Shown in pieces: positions 23,476 through 36,952 of a stretch of DNA of 64,000 nucleotides. The translations under genes were made by a program, and so were the position numbers. The stretch lies in NCBI GenBank assembly GCA_951406725.2, contig OX597817.1, positions 145,638,001 through 145,702,000 of the forward strand, given 5' to 3'. Every line of letters starts with the position of its first letter. Within the stretch, counting starts at the first letter, position 1. The notes beneath the pieces are model-generated. The model ran no database searches and had not been told where the DNA came from. It saw only the letters and a list, made by a program, of their open reading frames with translations. The DNA comes from Octopus vulgaris. Taxonomy: Eukaryota.

Positions 23476-26400
23476 CTGAAATAAATGAAAAGACATTATT
23501 AAATTTTGTTAAAATGTAAGTTCATGAATACAATGATTGGAGAAGTTTGTCCTGATACTTACAAAAGCTTACAAAACACAATGGCTGGAAGAAATTTCAA
23601 GTAGCCGTGAAAACCCCCAACAACAAATCTGTCCCTACTCCTCCCATCAAACAATAACTTCTCAACATCTCCCCAAAAGCAACTACTTTATCTTCCATTC
23701 GCCCTCTGAGGTGAAGGAAATCTTTAGTCTTGTGCATTACAAAGAAACCTCACTAGTGATCGTACATCATCATCATTTAAAATCTGTTTTCCATGCTGGC
23801 ATGAGTTGCACAGTTTGACAGGAGATGACAAGGCCAGGAGCCATACCAGGTTCCATTGTATGTTTTGGTTTGGTTTCTACAGGTGGATGCCCTTCCTAAT
23901 GCCAACCACTTTACAGAGTGTACTAAATGATTTTTACATGGCATTAGCACCAGTGCTTTTTGCATGTACCATCACCAGTGCCTTTTCTGTGACACCATCT
24001 TCGGTGCTCACAAAACAAATTTTTTTTTTAATGACTTAGTACACTGTAAAGTGACTGGCATTAGGATTGGTATCTAACCAGAGAAACTATAGCAAAATTG
24101 AAACACTAGAGCAAGACATAGTTCTCCAACTTATTGGATTGTATCTAACTGTCCAGCCCATGCCACCATCAAAAGTGGACATAAAAATAACGATGACAGT
24201 GACAATAATGATGATTGACAATATAGATTTTTTTTTTTTTAAATCTTAACACAGCAGCTGAAAATATTTGTCCACTACAAGACAATTTACTGCATTAACA
24301 ATGTGTCCTTGCAGAGAAAAAGACCCCAAAAAACATTTTAATATTTTGTGAATAAAGTGAGGCAGTGAGCTGGCAGAATCGTTACCATGCTATGCAAAAT
24401 GTTCAGTGGTATTTCATCCATCTATATTCTGAGTTCAAACTCTGTTGAGGTTGCCTTTCATCCTTTCAGGGTTGTCCAAAGACAAGTACTGGTTGTGCAC
24501 TGGGGTCAATGTAATCGACTTGCCCCTCCCTTGAAATTGCTGGCCTTGTGATCAAAGTTTGAAACTAATATTTTATGATTAAAGTTTTTGCTTTTGAAAT
24601 CCTCTTTATTTTACTAATTCTAGAAGACTCTTTAAAAGTCTTCCCGATTTTTGTTCTCACCCTGGTCAGATGGTCATCTAAACCCACTTTTCACATCCAT
24701 CTCTCTCCCTCTCATTATCTTTACTGTGTCTCTCAAATGAGATTCTGCAGCAAATACTTCTAATAACTCTTCACCATTAGTGCAGGTATGGCTATGTGGC
24801 TAGAAAGATCACTTTGCAACCATATGACTTTTTGGGTTCAGCCCCACTCTGTACCATCTTGGACAAGAACCTTCTACTATAACTGACCCTAGGCCAACCA
24901 ATGCCTTGTGAGGGAATTTGGTAGACAGAAATTGTGCGTGTGTTAAGGCGGTGAGTTGGCAGAAATGTTAGCACACTGGGCAAAATGCATAGCAGTATTT
25001 CGTCTGCCATTACGTTCTGAGTTCAAATTCCTCTGAGGTCGACTTTGCCTTTCATCCTTTCGGGGTTGATAAATTAAATACCAGTTACAAACTGGGGTCG
25101 ATGTAATCGACTTAATCCCTTTGTCTGTCCTTGTTTAGCCCCTTGTGAGCAGTAAAGAAATAAGAAAGTGTGTGTGTGTTTGTTTTGACAACCAATGTTG
25201 ATTTATGTCCCAGTAACTTAGCAGTTCAATAAAAGAGATTGGTAGAATAAGTACTGGACTTTAAAAATAAATTTTGGGAGGTCAGAATTTGACTAAACCC
25301 TTCAAAGTAGTGTCACAGCTTGACCACAGTCCACTGATTGAACCAAGTGAAAGATATAGCTGCTGACCACTGGAATTTCTCTCTTGCTCAGGTTTCGCCC
25401 ACACAAATTCAAACTGAACATCAACTACACCAACCTGATCCATCTGGGAGTGGAAGGGGACACAGGGTTAGCTACACATGGATCTGCTAATTAAAGACTG
25501 TAAGAAACCAAAACCTGCTTTAGGTGCAAGCATAGCCTTGAGCTTAAGAAGTTCACTTCACCAGCATGACATGCTAGATTTGATCTCACTGCATGGCATC
25601 TTAGCTACTGTCTTTTCTTGGAAGCTACAGGTTATCCAATGCTTTGCAAAAGCAGAAACTGAGCAGAAACCAATCATATATATGAATACAAGCAGCCAAA
25701 ATAGAGCTCCTTTGAAAGATGTGTGGAGTAATATTATTTAACAAAGTGCATAGATGGAAGAGCAAGGAGTCTCTCCAGGTCAAACCACAACTTCTCTGCA
25801 TTGAGAGATCACAGCTCTGTTATATAGGAATGAATCAGAAGACATATTCTTCAAGTTGAGTCAATTGGGAGGGGACCTAGGGGTACATCAAGAACAAGAT
25901 GATTTGGAATCCATCTGGAAAGTGTAATGACAGAGTCCACAGGCAAGGGTTCTACCGAAAGTAACTACATCTACAACCTTCCCAGGAATAGTGGGTGGAG
26001 AAATGGATCCAGAAAGTAAAGTGAGATCACAGCCATAGCTTATACCACTGTCGCATAACCAATCCATTTAAAAAGTGCCTTTGAATCGTCGGGCAACATG
26101 CCATGCTTGAGGAGACCTATTGAGTCAAGTAAAATCAAAAGTCAAATCACAATCAAATGAAAATTGTAGTCATGGCCGATGCCAGTGCTACCTGACTGGC
26201 TCTCGTACTGGTCGCATGCAATAAACACCATCCATGTGTGGGTTGTTGTCAGTGCCGCCTGACTGGCTCCCTGTGCCAGTGACAAGTAAAAAGCACCATC
26301 CAAATGTGGTCGATGCCAGCCACACCCACCCCAATTGGCTCCTGTGCTGGTAGCATGTAAAAAGCACCATCCGAATGTGGCCGATGCCAGTGCCACCTGA

Positions 26401-26629
26401 CTGGCTCCTGGGTCAGTGGAATGTAAAAATCACCCACTACATTCTCAGAGTGGTTGATGTTAGGAAGGGCATCCAGCTGTAGAAACATTGCCAGATCAGA
26501 TTGGAGCCTGGTGCAGCCACCTGGCTTGCTAGTCTCCAGCCAAACCATCCAACCCATGCTAACATGGAAAACGGACATTAAACGATGATGATATAAAACA
26601 AGGTATACTAAACAAACTCTAAATTTCAA

Positions 26630-27743
26630 CTACAGTTTTCAAAGTGAAACAAAATAGTGGAAACTGCTCAGTATTCACCAAGCATTTGACCAGAAGTTCA
26701 ACGGACATACAGCTCAATGGTGGTTCCAACAATTTTGTAATAGAGATGAGAGCCTTAAAGACAAGGGGAGTCACAAGATGACTTTATGTGATTGACAATA
26801 ACCAAATGGGGGTCATTACTGAAGTGGACTCTCGCTAAACAATTCAAGAAGTTGCAGAAGAATTATAGGTTGACCACATTGGGAAGTTAAAAAAGCTCAA
26901 CAAATGGGTAGTTCAGGAGCTGAACAAAAATAGGGTAAAATAAAATCTATGGACTTCTTTTGTGTAACAAAAACAACCCATTTTTTAACTGCATTGTGAC
27001 ATATGATGAAAATATATATTCTATATGACAACATACAGCATGTAATGGGTAGACCAAAATGGAGAACCAAAACACTTTCCCAAACAAAAGCTGCATCAAA
27101 AGAATGTTCAGTTTGATGGTTGACATCCTGTTCTACTTCCTTGAATCTTGGCAAATATTCAGAAATATTGCCAGGAAATTGACAAAATGCACCAAGAACT
27201 ATAACATCTATGTCAAGCGTTAGACAATCAGAAAGGATCAATCCTTCACAACGCATGACCATATGTTTTGCATATGCCTGTGGAAACTGAAAATAGACTA
27301 CAAGATCAGCTGACCTTACTTCCCAGACCGATCTCTAAGGAGCTCAGTAACTTCCTTCAACAGAAGCTCTTTTAACAACCAAGCAGTAGTTCAAATCACC
27401 TTTGAAGAATTCATCTGTTCTATGCTACTAGAATAGTAGCATAGAATTCTGAAATGTTAACCAATGCTCAAATGGCTATAGCAAAAGAGAGTGGGGGAGG
27501 GAAGGAGAAAAGAAGTAAGAGATATATAGATACAAATTGGTAGAGAGAAATATGATTCACAACGACATTCAAAGAGAGATAGGTAGAATTAGACAGATAG
27601 AAAGACAAAAGACAGATATTCTTGGGGGTAAAATATGTATAGATTCTAATGAATATTAATTTGATTAATAAAATATATTCTCATGAGATATGTTATTTTA
27701 CAGCCGATGATTAAATATTGCCAATATTTTGGCACCAACCTAT
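26630..27743 (+). mobile_element. Highly decayed mariner transposon
   Basis: Remnant FLxCIVTYDE...ILYDN near 26980-27030 and a right terminus ttttggcaccaacctatta typical of mariner TIRs. Left end uncertain. Confidence 0.65.
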
Positions 27744-30700
27744 TATTTTAACTTCAAAATGTCAAGGGGAAACTGAAATGTGAGTGCAGGAGGACACGGA
27801 CTGATTGATACATAGCGCTGTACTATTGGGAAATGTCATGGTGTCCTTTAGGATTCAGTAAAAAGTTAATAGCTAATTCCTGTCCAAAAAATTTATTTCA
27901 CAACCAGTTTGTGAAAACTGTGTGAAGGTCACTAGTGTGTGCGTGTGTCCCTGTTTATGCCTCATAACTTAGCAGTACAACAAACAGAGATTACCAAAGA
28001 ACTGAAATAAATACTGGGGTTGATATGATCAATAAACCCTTGAAGACACCCACCCCAGTATAGCTGAAATCAGTTAAATACCAAATCACATTTCTTTCAC
28101 ATGGTATGTGTTACCTCTGATTTTCAATTGACGACTGACCACCACCCACCACCCCCATCTAACATTCGTCTTCCATACTGGCGTGAACTGGATGGTCCAA
28201 CAGGATCCAATGATCCAAGGCTTGCCTCAAGACCCAGTGCCATGGTTACTATTGTTAGATGCCTTCCTGGAACAGGCACTAGTGAGGTTACCGAGTAATT
28301 AGCAAGAAAGATCCCTCAAACGAGTGAGGAGCGGTATTAAGGGGGTGGTGGTGGCTTTGGAGCCAAGTGTTAAGAGTGTAAAGTCTGGGAGAGAGACTGG
28401 AACATGTGTCTATCAATAAAGAGAGATGATTTATGGATATTTATATTTCTTTCACAGTCTCTGTACATTTGGTTTTCAAATGTGTCATGGCTCGTAGATA
28501 CCTTAGCAACATTCAAGGCAACAATAAAGAGAAAAATATTAAAACTGTCTATCTGTGTGTGTGTGTGTGTATATATAGAGGGAGAGGGAGATCATTAATG
28601 TGTCAATATGGGAAAGTCTTTTTTTTTTTATCTTTTACTTGTTTCAGTCATTGGACTGCAGCCATGCTGGGAGACTGCCTTGAAAGGTTTGGTCAAGCAA
28701 ATTGACTCCAGTGCATAGTTTTCAAGTCTGGGACTTATTCTATAGATTTCTTTTACTGAACTACTAATTTACCAAGGATGTAAACTAACCGACACCAGTT
28801 GTCAAGCAGTGTGAAGGTAGGGACAAACACAAACACATACATGCTCACACACACATATGCATATATACAATGAACTTCCAGACAATCTTTAGATATTAAA
28901 TTCACTCTTAAGGATTTGGTTGGCCTGGGGCTATAGTAGAAGACACTTGCTCAGTGGGATTGAACCCATAACCACACAGTTGCTAAGCAAGCTCCTTAAC
29001 CACACAGCCATTCTAGGAACAATATTTTGGAAAAATCTATATTTTTTATTTTCTACTTCTGACTTGTTATGGGATTCATCGTCTGTTCAAACTAGAATTA
29101 AATAAGCTGGGTGTAAAACACAAATTTGTTTTCTCTCCTTGTTTGTAGCAATAGTTAATAAAACCTGATCAATAACAGCAGTTAGATCAGATAAATTGAT
29201 TTCAAAAGAGAAGTTAGATCAATATTTAAACCAGCATGTTATGTACTAGAAACAGAATATTTATTTAAAAGAACAGAAACTAAGTGGGTGTAGCTATACT
29301 GAACACAAGAGTTAACATATTTACATTCATTTTCTTCACAAGTGTATGGTAATTGGGTAAAATGATAGTCTGAAAACAAAACACTGTGAATCTTCACAAC
29401 AAACATGTATTAATTATTGAATTTAATAAATCAATAGAAATATAATGTATATTGATCAAGACAATATACAAATGAAATGAATTCTAACAGCAACAAGAAT
29501 AATATTTTTTTAAACTTGTACCATAGCTGGTTTGTAAGAGAAGCAAGTATAGTCAATTATATCAATAATTCAAGCTACTAACTTAATAGATTCAGTGAAG
29601 ATCATTACGACTAAAAGAAAAAAACTTATAAAAGCTACTCTTGGAGTCTCTATATAGAACTAGCTTTTATCTCTTACCTTTTGTTTCAACCATTGAACTG
29701 TGGCCATGCTGGGGTACAACCATGAAGGGTTTTAGTCAAACAAACTGGCTCCAGTATTTACTGTTTAAGTCTGGTACTTGTTCTATTGGCCCCTTTTGCC
29801 CCCAACAGCTAAGTTACAGCATGTAAACAAACAATGGTTGTCAAATGGTGGGGTGGTGGTGACAAACTTAGACACAAAGAAACACATACACAATGGGCTT
29901 CCATACAGTTTCTATCTACCAAATTCACTCACAAGGCTTTGGTTGGCCTAGAGCTATAGCAGAAGACACTTACCCAAGGTGCCATGCAATGGGACTGAAC
30001 TCAAAGCCACATGGTTGCAAAGCAAGTTTTTCAATCATGTAGCAATGTAAGTCTATTATATTTAAAACAAATTTTTGTTACAAAAACCCATCAGAATATT
30101 GATTCAAAGTGAAATAAAAAATATGCCAATTTATTAAATAAGTGTTAGAATGATTCTTATCAATAAGAGACTAATGTAAAATCAACTATACAAAACAGAG
30201 GAGACATATTTAAATTACATAAAAGCACCAGCCACCTTTCTAGATCTCTGGTCTATTTCTACCACAATATGCCTTTACATTGAGCTCATATGGCATCAAA
30301 CTTCTAACATAGCCTTTCTTTGTATGCAGCGATACATCATATTTTGTCACAAAAAACCTCTCAGTAATTCCCATGAACTCTCAGTCTCTTTATTTGTAGA
30401 CTAGGTGCTACTATTAGCACTAATTATGTTCTTTTAGTGGACACTCAATCTGTCGACTGTATTCTGTTCATGATTGCTTATACGGTTAGCTTAACTTCAC
30501 TAGTTAATCTGCCACAGATCTCCTGGCTCTTTCTGTTTGTATTTATAGTTTCCAGTCAATAGACTGTCTATTTCCTATCCAATGTTCTTTACAAGCTAAG
30601 CAAGACTATTACTTCTTTGGTGCTATTGTAGTTTGCTCTTTTTCTACCTTTGTTACTAACTAATGCTCTTGTCTCACAAACGTTTATCTTTTTGAGATAA

Positions 30701-30774
30701 GCTATACATGTAAAAAGCACCTGTGTTAGTACCGTGTACAGAACAACCATGCCAACGCTATGTACAACAGGGTA

Positions 30775-31320
30775 TCCATGCTGGCACCACATCAAGAGCA
30801 CCCGTGCCAGTACCACGACAAGAGTACCCGCACTGGCACCATGTCAAGAGCACCCGCACTGGCACCACGTCAAGAGCACTTGCACTGGCACCACGTCAAG
30901 AGCACTCGCACTGGCACCACGTCAAGAGCACTCGCACTGGTACCACGTCAAGAGCACTCGCACTGGCACCACGTCAAGAGCACCCGCACTGGCACCACGT
31001 CAAGAGCACCCGCACTGGCACCACGTCAAGAGCACCCGCACTGGCACCACGTCAAGAGCACCCGTGCCAGTGCCACGTCAAGAGCACCTGTGCTGGTGCC
31101 ACGTCAAGAGCACCTGTGCTGGTGCCATGTCAAGAGCCCCTGTGCCAGCATCACATCAAGAGCACCCATGCTGGTGCCAGCATCACATCAAGAGCACCCA
31201 TGCCGGTGCCATGTCAAGAGCACCCATGCCGGTGCCATGTCAAGAGCACCCATGCCAGTGCCATGTCAAGAGCACCCATGCCAGTGCCATGTCAAGAGCA
31301 CCCATGCCAGTGCCATGTAT
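30775..31320 (+). repeat. 26-bp minisatellite, about 21 copies, inside a (GAT)n-tailed retroposon fragment
   Basis: Unit cactggcaccacgtcaagagcacccg head to tail with no spacers; continues into the common repeat at 31340-31513. Confidence 0.92.
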
Positions 31321-32404
31321 GAAGCAATCATGCTGGTTCTACATAAAAAGGCACCCAGTACATGCTGTAAAATGGTTGGCATTAAGAAGAGCATCCAACT
31401 GTAGAAACCATGCCAAAGCATACAATTGGAACCTGGGCAGCTCTCTGGCTTGTCAGCTCCTGTCAAACCATCCAACTTAGGCCAGCATGAAAAAATGAAT
31501 GTTAAATGATGATACACACACTTGTATATATGGGCACAGACATGGCTGTCTGGTTAGGCTTCCTTCCTAACTGTGTGGTCTAGGGCAAAAGTCTTCTACT
31601 ATAGCCCTGGGCTGACCAAAGCTCTGAGTGGATCTGGGAGATAGAAACTGAATGAAGTGCATCGTGTGTGTATCCCTTTGTCTTGACATCATGTGATGGT
31701 TGTAAGTGAGCATCACAAGTGAGGTTGTCTATTTCTAGTCTTGCATGCAAAATATGTCTAGCTATGAAGAAACATTACATTGCAAGGAAACACAAGGGTT
31801 AGCAACAGGAAAGGCATCCAGCAATAGAAAATCTGCCTCAGCAAATTCTATCTGACCTGTACAGGCATGGAGAAATGGATTTTAAATGATTAGCTTTAGA
31901 CTTTCTTCTATAGATTCTTCAATGTGAACTTAGTTATTAGCACACAATGTTCCCATGAATGTCTAATCTTGAATTCTTGTGCAACTGCTAAGAAGAATAG
32001 TAAATTTTAAGGTGGCAAACTGGCAGAATTGTTAGCATGCTGGGCGAAATGCTTAGCAGTATTTCGTCTGCCGCTACGTTCTAAGTTCAAATTCTGCCGA
32101 GGTCGACTGTGCCTTTCATCCTTTCAGGGTCAATTAAATAAGTACCAGTTATGCACTGGGGTCAATGTAATTGACTTAATCCATTTGTCTGTCCTTGTTT
32201 GTCCCCTCTATGTTTAGCCACTTGTGGGTAGTAAAGAAATAAGAATAGTAAATTCCACACCTAATTTACTGTTTACTGCCAATTCTGACTTGAGTTTAAC
32301 ACTTCAGTGGCTGAAACAATTTTCATTATTTTGTTGTATCTCAGGAGAGTCAATATGTCAATAATGAATACAAACTGGTTCTACTTCATTTCTTTTGTTA
32401 CTAT

Positions 32405-32680
32405 CATTCAATTTGTTAACATTCAATCACCAGATTGATTAATTAATTGTTTGAATAATCATTCAGTCAAGCACTCAATCAGGTGGGTTTGTCAGAGTCC
32501 TTTCATCACAATTCCTGACCTCATCTCAGAATAGACAAGCAAACCTAGAATAGTAGGGGCATGTCATTGATGAGGCTGAGATTGGTAACAAAAAGACTAA
32601 CAAACCTAGCTAACTGATTGGTTGGCTGAATAATTAAACAACTGATTAATCAAACAATCAATTAGTTAATAGGTTAAATG
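32405..32680. repeat. Decayed palindrome or MITE
   Basis: Left ttgattaattaattgtttgaataatcattcagtcaa...cctcatc mirrors right gatgaggc...ttggctgaataattaaacaactgattaatcaa. Confidence 0.55.
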
Positions 32681-34293
32681 GTTAATTAGTTGAATAATAA
32701 TAATAATAAAAGAAGTGAAACAGAACCAGTGCATGTGTTTATTATTGACATTATGACCCTCCTCAGAAGGAACAGATTCTATTTCTGCAGAAGAGTTCAC
32801 ATCAAGAATCTTGCAAACCAAATACAAAAAATAAAAAAAAATTTAATGAACCATTCCTTTGCTCATTACTGATTGAACTACTGAATAAGTGATAAGAATA
32901 AACACAAATCCAAATACCATTAACAGAAATTCAAAACTAATAACTTACATAAAACTTCTAATGTTAGAAATTTGGTTAGTTTTTCCTTTTAATCATAACT
33001 TTATCTGCATGCACTTAAAAATTTCATTTGATTCAATTACACAACATATTGGTATATTTCTTGCTTAAATAACTGCGAGAGTATGTGCATCAGTTTAGAA
33101 GTAGGTCAAAATAAAAATAATACAATGCTATGCATCTTCAGGGTGCAAATCTGGGTTGCTTGTTACAGAGGTGGTGGTAAACACTTCTGGAATTTATGCC
33201 CCTTCCTTTCTATCTCCTGCCATGTTCCCTCTTCCCAAAAGAGTATTCTGTTGCTTGCTCCACTACCATTCTCTTACAACTACAAATATGCTCCTCTTCT
33301 CTTACTTTACTCTCCACCATCACACAGCCTCCTGCTAATCTCTTTCAATTATAGGGGCCATTTTAGGCACTTAGTCTTGTAGATTGTAAGGTGACCTCAC
33401 TGGGGCTGGTGTCATGAAAAAAAAAAAAAAGCAATCAGTATGCCCTGTAAAGTGGTGTTAGGAATAGCATCCAGCTGTAGAAACTAAATCAAAGTAAACT
33501 GGAGCACAATGCAATTCTCCAATTCATCAGGTCCTACCGGATTGTTCAACCCATGCCAGCAGGGACATTAAATGATGATGGTATTCATGATAATCTATTG
33601 ACTCTAGGGAGATATTAGAGCTTTGTTTATTTCTTAATCATTTGATTACAGTGAGCTTTCAAAATGCACTCCATGCAAACACAGCTCAGACACCTCATAC
33701 CAAACATACAACTTGAAAACATCTTACAATAGGAGCACAACAGCTTAAGACACTTTCAACAGCACAAAACAGTCACTACACATATAAAGGGGACCTACCT
33801 GCAGCATTACACTATCCATACAAATAAATAATATACTGCTTTAGACAGTACTGCCTAATTGGCACCCCTACCGGTGGCACATAAAAAACACCATTCAAGC
33901 ATGGCCGATGCCAGTACCACCTGACTGGCCCTAGTGCTGGTGGCACTTTAAAAGCACCCACTATACTCTCAGAGTGGTTGGTGTTAGGAAGAGCATCCAG
34001 CTGTAGAAACACTGCCAGATTGGATTGGAACCTAGTACAGCCTCCTGGCTTGCCAGCCCTCAGTCAAACCATCCAACTCATGCCAGTATGGAAAGCGGAT
34101 ATTAAACGACGATGATGATGACAGCTGAAACTTTCAAGGTTGTTACACCAATGAACTTTCCATGGCAATCCAAAATAGGCTCTTTGGAACCAGAAAGTAT
34201 TATAGGTGCAGGTGTGGCTGTATGGTAAGAAGTTTGCTTCCCAACCATATGGCTTTGGGTTCATTAGGTAAGTGTCTTTGACTATATCTTCAG

Positions 34294-34496
34294 CCGTTCA
34301 AGAATTTGGACCTGGAGATTTCCATTTCCAGCAACTTCGAGGGCCACCTCCCAGTGGTGTCAGGCGTCAACAAAGAGCCCTCGACTACAACAAGACGACC
34401 AAAAGTTTTTTTTTTTCCAAGGTCTGGGGTCTCCCACCCCTAAGCCCTAGACCATCACCTAATAACCCTTACCCGTTTTGTTTCTCAACAACAACA
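34294..34496 (+). mobile_element. Short retroposon 3' end with (CAA)n tail inserted in a family A SINE
   Basis: 13-bp target duplication actatatcYtcag at 34281-34293 and 34497-34509. Confidence 0.75.
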
Positions 34497-36440
34497 ACTA
34501 TATCCTCAGGCAGCCAAAGCCTTGTGAGTGGATTTGGCAGACAGGAACTGAAAGAAGCCCACTGTGTGTGTGTGTGTCCCACTACCACTTGGTAACTGGA
34601 GTTGGTGTGTTTACATTCCCGTAACTCAGTGGTTCAGCAGAAGAGACTGATAGAATAAGTACCAGGCTTTAAAAAAGTACTGAAGTCGATTCATTTGAGT
34701 AAACTACTTAAAGTTGGTGCCCCAGCATGGCTACAGTCCAATGACTGAAACAAGTAAAAAATAAAAGATAGCTTAGAACAGCTATGGAACCTCTATGTGT
34801 ACAAGTTGCGACTCACATTGGAATACTTCTTCCAGGAATTTAACCTTTGGAATTCTTTTCTTGCTCACATATTCTCTACAAAGTTCAAGATGAATATCAG
34901 TTGATTTGACATCATCAGTCTGGAATGGTCTGGAAAAACTGAGTGTGGCCCCTCCTATCAAAGCTGAATAATAGTTTCTGCTTTAGGCACGAAACCAGTA
35001 ATTTTGAGGGGCCAGGAGTTAGAGGATGCCATCAAACCTAGTGCTTGATTGGTATTTTATTTTATCAATCCTGGACAAATGTAAAGTAAAGTTGACTTAG
35101 GTGAAATTTGATCTTAGAATGTTAATAGTCTGAATGACTGCTACAAAGCATTTTTCTGATACTCTAACAATTATGCCAGCTCAAGATCTAACCAATCACC
35201 ATTTTGAGTGACTGGCAAAAACAATATTTTAAATGTCCACAAAATTGTAATTCATATTTTTAATTTACCGATTCCATTGAAACATACATAGACATATTAA
35301 AACAACAATAATCTATAAAGCAACAAAATATTTAACATCAGAAACAATGCATTCCTAAAAGAAATAGTCATAACAATCATTGAATAGATACGAAATGTTT
35401 TAAGTTGATGCAGCTACCTGCTTAATATTTATTTGCTGTGATGTGGAACAACCTTACTATGAAGTTTTGTCATGCATGCTATAAAGTGAGTGGAAGACAG
35501 AAAATATTGGGGGTAACAAGACATATATTTACAGTTATATTGAGTTGCAATTCTCCCTAAAATAACAATAAAAGCTGAAACAAAACAAATCATGCGGTCA
35601 ATGAAATTTTATCAGATATTAATTAGATTTTACAATTATTTTTCATTATATTTCATTCCAAGGAGGGGCAGCAAAGATGCAGAAATAGCGGGCCAAACTA
35701 TAAGCATTAACAATATTTATCTCTCTATGACATGATTTCAGATCCCACCAAAATCAACTTTTTTTTTTTCATCCTTTCAAGTCAATAAAATAAGAAACAG
35801 TAATATGTTTGTTTTACATCCAGTTTTCTATGCTGGCACAGGTTATATGAGTACTTATTTCAGGTCGTATTTTACAACCAAATTCTCTTCCTGTCATTAA
35901 CTCTTACATGTTTTATAAGTAAGGAATTTTATTCTACTACTATGAGACTAAGACCACAGAGTTACAGGATGAAATGTTCACTAAGAATGTAAACACAAGT
36001 TGTTTAGTTTGGCTCAGATGATCTTCTGTGAAGGGGTGTAAATGACAACTTTAAGCACATGCACAAGAAAAAAACTCCAGTGCACTGTGTAATGTGGTTG
36101 GTGATAGAAAGGACAACCAGCCATAGAAACCAAACAAAACATGAAATGCAAGCAAGATGAGATTCTCCAACCTATCTAGGGTTGGCAGTGCACAGTACCC
36201 TTGAATACCAGTCCAACTGTGGTGACCCATGCAATCCATACCAGAATAGAAAGTAGATGTGAAATTATGATGTCTATATCATCATCTCTTTCTCTCTCTT
36301 TCTCACACTCATATACACACTTTCATGCATTTTCCATCTTGCATGGAGATGAAGGATAAAACAGTTCTATATTTAAGAGATGAGGAATTATGTACATTAT
36401 TTAAATTTGACGAATAGTTGTCCTAATCTTGTTTGTTGTT

Positions 36441-36486
36441 AACACAATGTTTCGGCTGATATACCCTCCAGCCTTCATCAGGTGTC
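36441..36486 (-). ncRNA. Minimal type I hammerhead ribozyme motif
   Basis: Minus strand reads gacac-CTGATGA-a-ggctg-gagggtatat-cagcc-GAAACATT-gtgtt: core boxes, perfect 5-bp stem II, stem I gacac/gtgtt. Confidence 0.75.
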
Positions 36487-36748
36487 TTGGGGAAATTTCG
36501 AACCTGGGTTCTCATTTCTAAGGTATTTTTTGATGTTGTTATTATTATTATTATTCAGGTCACTGCCTGGAATAGGACTTGGAATTAGTAACCCGAGCTC
36601 TTAACCACTACGCCATATTCCAACAGACAAAAGGCTACTAACCCAAAAATTCGAGTTTGATTCCTGGCAGTGACCTGAATAATAACAATAATAATAATAT
36701 CAAAAAATTACCTTAGGAATGAGAACCCAGGTTCGAAATATCCCCCAA

Positions 36749-36794
36749 GACACCTGATGAAGGCCGGAGAGTATATCAGCCAAAACATTGTGTT
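36749..36794 (+). ncRNA. Mutated second copy of the hammerhead motif
   Basis: gacac-CTGATGA-a-ggccg...cagcc-AAAACATT-gtgtt; the catalytic G of GAAA is replaced by A. Confidence 0.6.
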
Positions 36795-36952
36795 AACAAC
36801 AAACAAGATGAGGACAAATATCCGTCAAATGTAAATAATGAAAGATTAAAGTTGAGCCTAAATGAGGGATGAAACTAAATACCATGAGGCACAGGGTCTG
36901 TTTCTCCACTATTATCTTCTTTAATAATGGTAATAAGCTTTTTTAAAAATAC

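Larger units (their letters stand above)
36375..36840. mobile_element. Head-to-head inverted pair of tRNA-headed, hammerhead-bearing repeats
   Basis: Arms 36395-36573 and 36660-36840 are reverse complements. A-box-like TGGCGTAGTGGTTAA on minus near 36601-36616; B-box-like gagtttgattcc near 36653-36664. Confidence 0.8.

Noticed and set aside
30723-31480. CRISPR array or repeat-protein gene
   Set aside because: Units abut with no unique spacers, the context is an animal intron with no cas genes, and all three frames are open only because the 26-mer lacks stops.
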